Positions 19,110-28,488 of a DNA stretch of 64,000 nt are shown in pieces. The position numbers were made by a program, and so were the translations under genes. Numbering within the stretch: the first letter of the stretch is position 1; the number at the start of each line of letters is the position of its first letter. The notes under the pieces are model-generated. The model was not told the origin of the DNA and did no database searches. It saw only the letters and a list, made by a program, of their open reading frames with translations. The DNA is from a virus. The DNA lies in the IMG/VR virus record IMGVR_UViG_3300031963_000013; one strand, 5' to 3'.

Positions 19110-19453
19110 TGAAAAACATATCCCTACAAGCGTTGGTAAGATCTTTAAGAGAAGAAGTAGATCTTCCAGGTGACCAAGAAAAGATAGACGTAGCAGAACC
19201 TAAAGGCAAGATAACTGCGGCTGACTTCAAGAAGCTTAGATCAATGAAGAAAAAGCATTCTGTAAAAGAAGGTGGAGACCACGAAGTAGCGATGGCTATG
19301 AGCAGCTTAAAAGAGATAGTAAGCAACGCAACACAACTCATGCAAAAGTTAGGCGGAGTAGAAAGAAACATTCCAGGTTGGATTCAAGATCACATAACAA
19401 ATTCGGAGAATTTTATCGAACAAGCAAATCAGGGTTTTCACGAAATTGAATAA
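19109..19453 (+). CDS. Putative internal head protein
   Basis: MKNISLQALVRSLREE leader; KITAADFKKLR and IPGWIQDHI modules separated by VKE. Confidence 0.6.
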   Translation: MKNISLQALVRSLREEVDLPGDQEKIDVAEPKGKITAADFKKLRSMKKKHSVKEGGDHEVAMAMSSLKEIVSNATQLMQKLGGVERNIPGWIQDHITNSENFIEQANQGFHEIE

Positions 19454-19469
19454 AACGTATTTATAAGAT

Positions 19470-21410
19470 ATGAATTTGGAAGCTTTAATACTCAAACAAA
19501 TGCTGTTAGAACAGGACGAAGAGACAGAAAAAAGGCCCGAAGAAAAAAAGGATTTAACACCTTTCGAAGAGGATCCCATGGGCTTTATACTCAAGAAGTA
19601 TAGCACGCTCAACGAGTTGCTTACAGAGCTGATGACAGGTTCTTTTAAAGAGTATTTAGATGCCATATTCATAGTTGCACCCAAACCAACCACCTTTAAA
19701 ATACTATTACACAACGGTCAATACTTTTTTTTAACGTATTTGGGTAAAGCTTACGAAGCGACAATATCTGGTAAGAAGTACTATTTGATGACAACCGGAG
19801 AAAAACAGTTGTGCATGCAAGCAATAGCAAGACTTCTTAGATTCGGTTCTCCGCTAAAAACAAAAGGACCCGAAGGCGCTGAAAAGGGTACAGAAGGAGT
19901 AGAAGACACAAGCGTAGAAGAACCAGAAACCGAAACACCTCCGGCAGAAGGAGGCGAGGAATTAAAAGAGAACAACATAGCCAAAAGAATAATAGAGAGC
20001 TACATACTGAAAGAAGAAAAAGCAGAAGAGGATATATTAGCGGCTTTGAAAAAGAACAAAAACGTAGCTTTAATGCAACCAGTAGCTGCAAAGCACCAGG
20101 GAGGTTCAAAATATAAAGTGTATTTAAAAGGAATAAACCCCACAGACAGAAAAGCAAGAGTTGATCTACTAGCTCAATTAACAGGACTTAGCAACGTAAA
20201 AGTTATAAAAAAAGGAGCTAAACTATCTCATGATGATTACGCAGAAGTAAGAGTACCATCTGGAACTTTTAAAGTTTATTTTAAGGGGTCCTCAGAGACA
20301 GCTACTTCTACAAACGTAAAAGAAGGTCTTGTGATGTCTTTTTATTACAGTAGCATAGAAGAACCTATAACATTAGAAAACTTTGACTCGTCTGTAAAAG
20401 CAGCTATATCAGCCACAAATAGAAATAAAGATATAGACGCTAATCTTAAAGAAGAACTTACAACCTATTTAAGAGGCATACAAAAAAATAAAGACAACGT
20501 TAAAACGCTTAATCAACCACTATCTCAAGCGCTAACGATAAAATCAGCTTATCCTGATGCAAGATTGGTAAGATCTGGCATATTTAACGCGTACAGATCA
20601 GAAGCGCAACAACAATTAAAAATGCCTGCAGATAAGTGGTGTCCTGGAGATGTGTATGTGTTATTAAATTCCGCAGAAGCAGAAACGATATTAGCATTAG
20701 CAAAGGAACAAGACAATCCAGCTTCATTCATAGAGATACTCAACGATGCATTTAACGAAAACTGGGGATCTAAAGAAGCACCTATGACAGCTGTTTCTCT
20801 AAAGTTCGAAAAAGCTCAAGGAGGTAAAGCAAAAGCTTACTTCGAAAAATTTAGAGCAATAAAAGACGACTATAACCTAACAAAGGACGAGATAAACTAC
20901 AAAGAAAAGAATTACATAGACGGTATACAGAGGCTAAGAAAAGTGATTCAAAGCAAAGTAAGAGGTGTAAAAGACATAAAATATATTCTACCCGCTGGAG
21001 ATAAACTTGAAAAAAACATAGATAAACTTAGAGGTAAATACGCCGCATTAAAAGCGCTTAATTTCTTCTTTGATCAACTTGATAAGTCAGAATACGACGA
21101 TGGCCTTGTGGCTCTAGTAGCTTTTGCAATGTCGCTTTCCGACACTTCTCCTGCGTTTTTCAAAGTAGTTGCAAGTTCATCCGGTCAACCAACAAAACCA
21201 GAAACATACCCTCGCGGTGGATCTTTAGCGCTGTTCATGGAAAACAACAAGATCATGCCTATAGAGATAGTAGACGAACCAAGTTTCGGTGGCCTTAAGA
21301 TAGACATGACAGTTAGTAAAGGCGGAGATCCCTACAGAATAAACCTTGTAGCAAGAAACAACGGTGGCGTACAAGGAACAATAGAAATAGCGAGTGTAAA
21401 ACCACAATAA
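19470..21410 (+). CDS. Modular protein with a C-terminal putative PD-(D/E)XK nuclease-like domain
   Basis: Leader MNLEALILKQMLLE; acidic linker with LKE/IIE/LKE; KEG..DKWCPGDVYV..VSLK motif. Confidence 0.5.
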   Translation: MNLEALILKQMLLEQDEETEKRPEEKKDLTPFEEDPMGFILKKYSTLNELLTELMTGSFKEYLDAIFIVAPKPTTFKILLHNGQYFFLTYLGKAYEATISGKKYYLMTTGEKQLCMQAIARLLRFGSPLKTKGPEGAEKGTEGVEDTSVEEPETETPPAEGGEELKENNIAKRIIESYILKEEKAEEDILAALKKNKNVALMQPVAAKHQGGSKYKVYLKGINPTDRKARVDLLAQLTGLSNVKVIKKGAKLSHDDYAEVRVPSGTFKVYFKGSSETATSTNVKEGLVMSFYYSSIEEPITLENFDSSVKAAISATNRNKDIDANLKEELTTYLRGIQKNKDNVKTLNQPLSQALTIKSAYPDARLVRSGIFNAYRSEAQQQLKMPADKWCPGDVYVLLNSAEAETILALAKEQDNPASFIEILNDAFNENWGSKEAPMTAVSLKFEKAQGGKAKAYFEKFRAIKDDYNLTKDEINYKEKNYIDGIQRLRKVIQSKVRGVKDIKYILPAGDKLEKNIDKLRGKYAALKALNFFFDQLDKSEYDDGLVALVAFAMSLSDTSPAFFKVVASSSGQPTKPETYPRGGSLALFMENNKIMPIEIVDEPSFGGLKIDMTVSKGGDPYRINLVARNNGGVQGTIEIASVKPQ

Positions 21411-21460
21411 AAATAAATGTATTAAAATTAAAAAATAATTGTTACATTTATAAAAAAGTT

Positions 21461-21934
21461 ATGAACATATTCTATTTACACGAAGATCCAATCTTGGCAG
21501 CAAGAGATCTGTGCGATCAACACATTCTAAAAATGGGTATAGAATCTGCGCAAATGCTGTCAACTGCACACTGGGCCACAGGCGGCCAAGCTCCATACAA
21601 AAAAGCTCACCTAAATCACCCATCGACAAAGTGGGTTAGAGAATCAATACAACACTATAGGTGGTTGGTATACCACGCTGAAGAGATATTTAACATATAC
21701 ACAAAGCATTACGGAAGAGTACACAAAACCCAAGGAATATTAGAGTGGCTAAAACAAAACGAGCCAAAAATACCAGACAACGGTTTTTATGCACCGCCCC
21801 AATGTATGCCTGATGAATACAAGCAAGAGAACGCTGTAGACGCTTATAGAACGTTTTACGCCCTTGATAAAATAGTCGGTAAACAATTAACTTACAACAG
21901 GGTTAAAGCCAAACCAGAATGGCTATATAGCTAA
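21461..21934 (+). CDS. Pyrimidine-dimer DNA glycosylase (DenV-like family)
   Basis: MNIFYLHEDPILAARDLCDQHILKMGIESAQMLSTAH..HLNHPSTKW..PPQCMPDEYK. Confidence 0.75.
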   Translation: MNIFYLHEDPILAARDLCDQHILKMGIESAQMLSTAHWATGGQAPYKKAHLNHPSTKWVRESIQHYRWLVYHAEEIFNIYTKHYGRVHKTQGILEWLKQNEPKIPDNGFYAPPQCMPDEYKQENAVDAYRTFYALDKIVGKQLTYNRVKAKPEWLYS

Positions 21935-21965
21935 TACACATATTTATAGATAAAGTTTAAAACAA

Positions 21966-22337
21966 ATGAATTTATTCAATTCTTTAAAGAAGATCAGCGA
22001 AAAGTGGCTAAAACCAGTTTCTTTTATAGTTGGCTGCCTTTTATTTTTGTACATTTTTATTGTAGTATTTACGCCAAAAACAAAAATATCTAAAGAGTCA
22101 AGGAATAAATTGGATTCTATAGAATTGCAAATACAGGCTTTGAAAAAACAGCAAGTAAAACAAGACTCGTTGCTTACAGTTGAATCTAACGAAAGAGTCG
22201 CTATCGATAAACAGTTAGAAACGGTAAACAATAAAACTACAATCATTAGAGAGTATTACATAGAAAAATCAAAAGAAGTTTCGAACTACAACTCCACACA
22301 GTTAGACTCATTTTTCAGATCAAGATACGGATACTAA
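21966..22337 (+). CDS. Membrane-anchored coiled-coil protein (i-spanin-like)
   Basis: One N-terminal TM helix plus a coiled coil; late motif upstream. Confidence 0.4.
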   Translation: MNLFNSLKKISEKWLKPVSFIVGCLLFLYIFIVVFTPKTKISKESRNKLDSIELQIQALKKQQVKQDSLLTVESNERVAIDKQLETVNNKTTIIREYYIEKSKEVSNYNSTQLDSFFRSRYGY

Positions 22338-22350
22338 AAATTAAAAAAAC

Positions 22351-22755
22351 ATGAAAAGCATCTTCATCTCCATATTCACAATTTTTTTATTATCTTTTGC
22401 AGAAAAAGCCAAATCGCAAGACACCATAAAAATACCAGTATTTGTAGCTAAACAGATAGCCAAAGATCTAGTATCTTACGATAGCGCTAGAGCAGAGCTG
22501 CTTTTATCAAAACAGAGGATAGACTTACTAAATTTAAAAGTTGATTCTTACAACAAAAGCATTTCAGTGTATCAAGAGAAAGAGGTTAACTACGTAAATC
22601 AGCTAAATTTATCTGCGGCTAAGTTGGACATTTGGAAGAAAGAATACAACGACTTGGCTAACAGATACAGATCACTGAAGTTAAAAAATACAAGAACACA
22701 GATAATAGCTGGTGTATTGGTAGGAACTCTAACTTACTTTGCTATAAAACGTTAA
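22351..22755 (+). CDS. Exported coiled-coil protein with a C-terminal TM helix
   Basis: Signal peptide, heptad region and hydrophobic C-terminus. Confidence 0.45.
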   Translation: MKSIFISIFTIFLLSFAEKAKSQDTIKIPVFVAKQIAKDLVSYDSARAELLLSKQRIDLLNLKVDSYNKSISVYQEKEVNYVNQLNLSAAKLDIWKKEYNDLANRYRSLKLKNTRTQIIAGVLVGTLTYFAIKR

Positions 22756-22761
22756 CAAAAC

Positions 22762-24354
22762 ATGAGTACACCGAACGTTGATTTAAGGGACAGAATAAAA
22801 GAGGAGTTTGTTAAGTGCGCCTCTGATCCTGTGTATTTCATGAGAAAGTACTACATGATACAACACCCCACAAGGGGAAGACAGCTGTTCGATCTTTACG
22901 AATTCCAAGAAAAAGTACTTAAGATATACCAAAACCAAGAGTATGTAATAATAAACAAATCGAGGCAGTTGGGTATATCCACTCTAGTTTCGGCTTATTC
23001 GCTATGGATGATGCTGTTTAATAAAGATAAGAACGTTCTTGTGGTTGCTACTACGCAATCAACAGCAAAAAACATGGTAACCAAAGTGCGATTTGCGTAT
23101 CAGAATTTGCCAACCTGGTTAAAAATAGGTCACACTGAAGACAACAGGCTTAGTTTAAGGTTAACAAACGGTTCTCAAATAAAAGCTGTATCAGCCGCCG
23201 GTGACGCAACACGTTCAGAAGCGGTATCGTTGCTTGTCATAGACGAAGCTGCGTTCATAGATCGTATCGAAGAGATATTTACCGCAGCTCAACAAACTCT
23301 TGCAACAGGCGGTCGATGCATAGCTCTTTCTACGCCAAACGGAATAGGTAACTGGTTTCACAAGACATACACCAAAGCCCAGAAGAAAGAAAACAATTTC
23401 ACCCCCGTAAGCTTGCCCTGGAGAGTACACCCAGAAAGAGACGAGACTTGGAGAGAGCAACAAACAAAGGAGTTGGGCGTAAGAAACGCAGCACAAGAGT
23501 GCGATTGCGATTTCGCCACTTCAGGAAACAGTTACATAGAACCGGACATACTAACCCACTACGAATTGAACACGGTGAGCGAGCCTTTCGAAAGACGTGG
23601 AATGGACAAGGCCCTTTGGATTTGGGAATATCCCGATCCAGTGAAACACTACATGTTGATAGCTGACGTTGCGCGTGGAGACGGAAGCGACTATTCTGGC
23701 TTTCACGTAATAGACATAGAAACAATAACCCAAGTCGCAGAGTACAAAGCGCAAATAGATACAAGAGAGTACGCGAACATTCTTTTAGCGACAGCGAACG
23801 AATACAATCAAGCTTTATTGGTAGTAGAAAACGCAAACATAGGTTGGGACGTAGTTCAAACCCTAGTTGAAAGGAATTACACAAACTTGCACTACGGTCA
23901 CAGGGCAGACAGCGACGGTAGCTTTGAAAAATACGTAGACAGATTCGATAGAGCTGCAGGACTAGTTCCAGGGTTCAGTACAACTCAAAAAACAAGACCG
24001 CTTGTACTAGAAAAAATGAGAGATTTTATAGAAAACAAAGTGTGTACAATAAGATCTGTAAGACTGTTAGAAGAGTTGCGTGTATTTATATGGAAGAACG
24101 GTAAACAACAAGCGATGCAGGGGTACAACGATGATCTAGTGATGAGCTTCGCAATAGGCATGTACCTTAGAGAGACTTCTTTGAGATTCAAAAAAACAAT
24201 GAACAACTTGACTAGCGCTACGATAAACAACATAAGTAAAACTAGTCAACCAAACTCTTACTATAACCCAAACAGTTACTATAACGATCCTTGGAGCATG
24301 AGCATAGCAACTCCACAAGGAAGCGAAAATATAGACATTAGCTGGTTAATATAA
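22762..24354 (+). CDS. terL: Terminase large subunit (T4 gp17-like)
   Basis: KSRQLGIST Walker A, LVIDEAAF Walker B, STPNG coupling motif, DVARGDGSDYS and NDDLVMS nuclease motifs. Confidence 0.95.
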   Translation: MSTPNVDLRDRIKEEFVKCASDPVYFMRKYYMIQHPTRGRQLFDLYEFQEKVLKIYQNQEYVIINKSRQLGISTLVSAYSLWMMLFNKDKNVLVVATTQSTAKNMVTKVRFAYQNLPTWLKIGHTEDNRLSLRLTNGSQIKAVSAAGDATRSEAVSLLVIDEAAFIDRIEEIFTAAQQTLATGGRCIALSTPNGIGNWFHKTYTKAQKKENNFTPVSLPWRVHPERDETWREQQTKELGVRNAAQECDCDFATSGNSYIEPDILTHYELNTVSEPFERRGMDKALWIWEYPDPVKHYMLIADVARGDGSDYSGFHVIDIETITQVAEYKAQIDTREYANILLATANEYNQALLVVENANIGWDVVQTLVERNYTNLHYGHRADSDGSFEKYVDRFDRAAGLVPGFSTTQKTRPLVLEKMRDFIENKVCTIRSVRLLEELRVFIWKNGKQQAMQGYNDDLVMSFAIGMYLRETSLRFKKTMNNLTSATINNISKTSQPNSYYNPNSYYNDPWSMSIATPQGSENIDISWLI

Positions 24355-24358
24355 AAAT

Positions 24359-26290
24359 ATGGCAGAAGAACAAAAAAAACCCGAAAACAATCTATTTAGC
24401 GCTCTGAGAAGACTATTCTCTACCGATGTAATCATTCGTAACGAAGGCGGTGGAATGGTAAAAGTCATCGATAGCGATAAGATACAAACGTCAGGCGTAA
24501 TACAGACGAACAGTCTTATAGATAGATTCCATAAAGTCTACACAACGTCAACAGCGTACGGTGTTAACATGAACTTGGCGCAAAACTACCAATCAGCGAG
24601 AGTTCAGATATACGCAGATTACGACGCGATGGACACAGACGCTATCATCGCTTCCGCGTTGGACATCATCGCTGACGAGTGTACGTTGAAGAACGAGCAA
24701 GGAGAAGTGCTACAGATACGGTCTTCTGACGAAAACATCCAAAAGCTTCTTTACAACTTGTATTACTCTATACTAAACGTAGAGTTTACTCTGTGGTCTT
24801 GGATAAGAAACATGTGTAAATACGGTGATTTTTACATAAAACTGGAAATAGCAGAGGGTTTCGGAGTGTACAACGTGATCCCGTTCTCTGCCTACAACAT
24901 AGTTAGACAAGAGGGGTACAACATAAAAAACCCAAGCGAAGTTAGATTTAAGTACGATCCAAACGCAGCTATCGCATCTACCACAGGTTACGGCTCAGCT
25001 TTCAACAACCAAGATACTGGCATCTTCTTCGATAACTACGAGATGGCGCATTTCAGACTCACAGGCGACGTTAACTACCTGCCTTACGGTAGATCTTATT
25101 TGGAGCCAGCAAGAAAGCTGTTTAAGCAGTATACGCTTATAGAAGACGCCATGTTGATTCACAGGATAGTAAGAGCCCCAGAAAGACGAGTGTTCTACGT
25201 TAACGTTGGTGCTATACCTCCAAACGAAGTAGAAAACTACATGCAAAGGATGATCAATAAGATGAAAAAAACTCCTTTGATAGATCCCCAGACAGGCGAT
25301 TACAACCAAAAGTACAACGTGCAAAACATGCTCGAGGACTACTTCATACCTGTAAGAGGCAACGATCAGGCCACAAGAATAGACACAGCGAAGGGTCTGG
25401 ATTACAACGGTATCGAAGACGTTGCGTACTTTAGAGAGAAACTTTTTGCAGCGTTGAAGGTACCAAAGGCTTTCATGGGATACGAAAAGGATTTGACAGG
25501 TAAAGCGACCCTAGCAGCAGAAGACATACGATTTGCAAGAACCGTAGAAAGGATACAAAGGATCATAGTTTCAGAATTGACTAAGATCGGTTTGATCCAC
25601 CTATACGCTCACGGATACACGAACGAATCAGCTGCCAACTTCACAATATCGTTAACAAATCCGTCTATCATATACGATCAAGAAAGGATTGCGTTATTCA
25701 AAGAAAAGATAGACTTAGCAAGACAAGCGATGGAAGGTCAATTGTTACCAAGAGACTTCATATACGATAAAGTATTCCACTTCTCTGAAGATCAATACCT
25801 AGAGCTGGAAGACATGATACTAGAAGACCAAAAACGTCTATTCAGATACAAACAAATAGCTGAAGAAGGCAACGATCCATCAGAAACAGGACAAGCGTTC
25901 GGTACTCCTCACCAATTGGCCAGTCTTTACGGAGGCAAAGGTGATATGCCACTTGACGTACCGACAGGATACGATGAAAATAAACCTAAAGACGAATACA
26001 AATCCCCAGGCCGTCCCCAAAAGCACAAATCTATACGTGGCACAGACGCTAGTTCTTTTGGAAGAGACGCAATGGGTACTTACGATTTAAAATCAAACGC
26101 TGAAACAGGAGAAGATAACATGAAACCTGAATACCGTGGAGGTCCTTTAGCTTTCGAAAACTCTAACAGCGAATTTTACAAAAACAAAAAAATGTTAGAT
26201 TCAATGTTTTCTTCAAAATCAAGAAAAACAAAATTATTTGAAGAGAGCGATATATTAAACGAAGATAACATATTAACAGATCCGGAGTAA
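24359..26290 (+). CDS. Portal protein (T4 gp20-like)
   Basis: EDAMLIHRIVRAPERRVFYVNVG, MLEDYFIP, YFREKLFAALKVP. Confidence 0.95.
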   Translation: MAEEQKKPENNLFSALRRLFSTDVIIRNEGGGMVKVIDSDKIQTSGVIQTNSLIDRFHKVYTTSTAYGVNMNLAQNYQSARVQIYADYDAMDTDAIIASALDIIADECTLKNEQGEVLQIRSSDENIQKLLYNLYYSILNVEFTLWSWIRNMCKYGDFYIKLEIAEGFGVYNVIPFSAYNIVRQEGYNIKNPSEVRFKYDPNAAIASTTGYGSAFNNQDTGIFFDNYEMAHFRLTGDVNYLPYGRSYLEPARKLFKQYTLIEDAMLIHRIVRAPERRVFYVNVGAIPPNEVENYMQRMINKMKKTPLIDPQTGDYNQKYNVQNMLEDYFIPVRGNDQATRIDTAKGLDYNGIEDVAYFREKLFAALKVPKAFMGYEKDLTGKATLAAEDIRFARTVERIQRIIVSELTKIGLIHLYAHGYTNESAANFTISLTNPSIIYDQERIALFKEKIDLARQAMEGQLLPRDFIYDKVFHFSEDQYLELEDMILEDQKRLFRYKQIAEEGNDPSETGQAFGTPHQLASLYGGKGDMPLDVPTGYDENKPKDEYKSPGRPQKHKSIRGTDASSFGRDAMGTYDLKSNAETGEDNMKPEYRGGPLAFENSNSEFYKNKKMLDSMFSSKSRKTKLFEESDILNEDNILTDPE

Positions 26291-26326
26291 ATAATCATAT
26301 ATTTATAGGTAGAATCTAATCACAAT

Positions 26327-27175
26327 ATGGCAGTTAAACACAGCAAATATAGAAACACAGCAATTCTGTTTGAATTGTTGGTTAGACAAACAACATCTGA
26401 CTTACTACAAAACAGGGATTCGAAGTCTGTTAAGATTTTAAAAAAGTATTTTAGTAATACAGAGTTAGGTAAAGAGTACGCTCTGTACAGTTCGTTTAAC
26501 ACTACGCCCAAGTTAACAGAGGGAAAAGCTGAAATGTTCATAAGCACAGTTTTGGACCAAAGAAAAAAATTGGATCAAGAAAAATTGGACAGATTGAAGT
26601 ATAACTTGATAAAAGAGATCAAAAGCAATTACGATATCGATAACTTCTTCAAAGCCAAAGTTGACAATTACAAAACTTACGCGTCCATATACACAATATT
26701 TGAATCTCACACAAACAAATCTTTCGACGTAAAGCAAGTACTTTTAAGTAAAATAAACCTACTAGAACATATAACCGAAGAGAACATCGAAAACAAACCG
26801 ATATCTTCCGTAATGGTAGAGGAGTTTATGAAAGAGGACAAAGAGATTAGACTTCTAGCTTACAAAATAATAGTTGAAAAATTCAATTCAAAGTATTCGA
26901 AATTTTCTGAAAGACAAAAGAACGTTTTAAAAGAATACATAAACAGTGTATCCGATACAGAATACCTAAAAGCGTATCTTAACAAAACCATCAAAGAAAT
27001 AAAATCAGAGCTTGTTTCAATCAAAGATTCGGTTAAAGACGACGTTACAAGGATTAGATTGAAAGAGACTATAAAGCTTTTGGAACCAATAAAGCCAAAT
27101 CAAAGCATAAAAGACGAGAACATATCTAACGTCTTACAGTACTTAGAATTGGTAGAAGAGTTAAAGAAACTTTAG
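26327..27175 (+). CDS. Head-module protein (probable prohead core component)
   Basis: Between portal and protease; late motif upstream; KHSKYRNTAILFELL. Confidence 0.5.
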   Translation: MAVKHSKYRNTAILFELLVRQTTSDLLQNRDSKSVKILKKYFSNTELGKEYALYSSFNTTPKLTEGKAEMFISTVLDQRKKLDQEKLDRLKYNLIKEIKSNYDIDNFFKAKVDNYKTYASIYTIFESHTNKSFDVKQVLLSKINLLEHITEENIENKPISSVMVEEFMKEDKEIRLLAYKIIVEKFNSKYSKFSERQKNVLKEYINSVSDTEYLKAYLNKTIKEIKSELVSIKDSVKDDVTRIRLKETIKLLEPIKPNQSIKDENISNVLQYLELVEELKKL

Positions 27176-27186
27176 AATCAAAAAAT

Positions 27187-28347
27187 ATGCAATTTAACAA
27201 CCAGTTTGCTACAATAAAACTGAGAGAAACCATCGCTGAGAACCAGGTTATCTTCTCGATAGACGACCAAAAGATAGATGATTTGTTTTCAAACGAATTT
27301 AGAGGCGATGTAGAATACGTACAAGACGGTTCAGACGTTTACTACGTGATTGATCAAAACGACTTTGAGAAGTTTGTAGACTACGTACAAAGCGTAGGAT
27401 TGGATTCGAACAACATACACGTTCACGAATACTTTAAAGAACAGGGTAACGTTACAGGAGGAGGAGAAGCGTATTTACCGGGGTTGGACGTTCCAGAAAA
27501 AAAGTACAAAGGCCAAAACGAAGGAGACGGGTACGAAAAAGTAAAGGGATTCAGAGCGGGCCACACTCCGGATAGAGGCGGTTTCCAATACAAAGATTTG
27601 TGGGACGTTAACGAAGAGTACGAAACAGACAAAAAGCTTAAAGTAACTCTTAAAGGTAACATAAACTACAACAAGATAGGCGACGTAACAGACGTTTCGA
27701 AAGACGGAAAGTACTACACACTACAATTCAAAAACGGGAAAACAGCTATATATCACCAATCAGACTTAACTAAACCCGCTGCACAAAAATCTTTTGAAGA
27801 GAAACCAAGACTAGACATAAGCGAAGAGGATATACAAGAGGCGTACGTACCAGACAACATAAAGAATTTTGCTAAAAGAAAACAGATTACTGGCATTGTA
27901 AATCAAGTAGCTCGTTGGGCTGAAAAAGCAGGTAAACGCATTGTTGGTGGAACAGCTGTTGGTAAAAATTATAGTACATTAATACTAGATTTAACTTATC
28001 AAGGCGGAGAAGTACGCATCAATACAGATGATGAAACTATTGAAGTTAATGGAGATTGGGTTGACAGCTACCAGGGCTTTGTAGCTGCTTTAAGCGATGA
28101 ATCACTAAACGAAAACTACCACCGCTTCAAGAAAGAGACTGTAACCAGAAGCAAAGAGCAGCAGATGCACGAAGCCATTAAATTGGTGCGCAAGAAGCTG
28201 TACGAAGCTGAGAAGGTTATGGATTACGTAAACACAATGAAAGAAGAGCTTGGACTACGCGAATACAAGGGTCACACAAGCAAACTGATGGAGAAGCTTC
28301 AAGTATCCATCTCCGAGATATACAAAAAATACAAATCAATAAAGTAA
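27187..28347 (+). CDS. Modular prohead core or internal protein
   Basis: Head-module position; modules separated by FKE, VNEE, IQE and LNE. Confidence 0.5.
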   Translation: MQFNNQFATIKLRETIAENQVIFSIDDQKIDDLFSNEFRGDVEYVQDGSDVYYVIDQNDFEKFVDYVQSVGLDSNNIHVHEYFKEQGNVTGGGEAYLPGLDVPEKKYKGQNEGDGYEKVKGFRAGHTPDRGGFQYKDLWDVNEEYETDKKLKVTLKGNINYNKIGDVTDVSKDGKYYTLQFKNGKTAIYHQSDLTKPAAQKSFEEKPRLDISEEDIQEAYVPDNIKNFAKRKQITGIVNQVARWAEKAGKRIVGGTAVGKNYSTLILDLTYQGGEVRINTDDETIEVNGDWVDSYQGFVAALSDESLNENYHRFKKETVTRSKEQQMHEAIKLVRKKLYEAEKVMDYVNTMKEELGLREYKGHTSKLMEKLQVSISEIYKKYKSIK

Positions 28348-28348
28348 C

Positions 28349-28477
28349 ATGGCAAAATCAAAATCATCAGGAGATAGCCGTAAAGTAACTTTCGGTAAAA
28401 GAAAAAAAGGAAGCTCACAAAAATCACACAACAAACACGATAGAAAAGAAAAAATGTATCGTGGACAAGGAAGATAA
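28349..28477 (+). CDS. Small basic protein ending YRGQGR (42 aa, not in the ORF track)
   Basis: MAKSKSSGDSRKVTFGKRKKGSSQKSHNKHDRKEKMYRGQGR; C-terminus typical of small T4-like head-module proteins. Confidence 0.7.
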   Translation: MAKSKSSGDSRKVTFGKRKKGSSQKSHNKHDRKEKMYRGQGR

Positions 28478-28488
28478 TATTTATTGAT

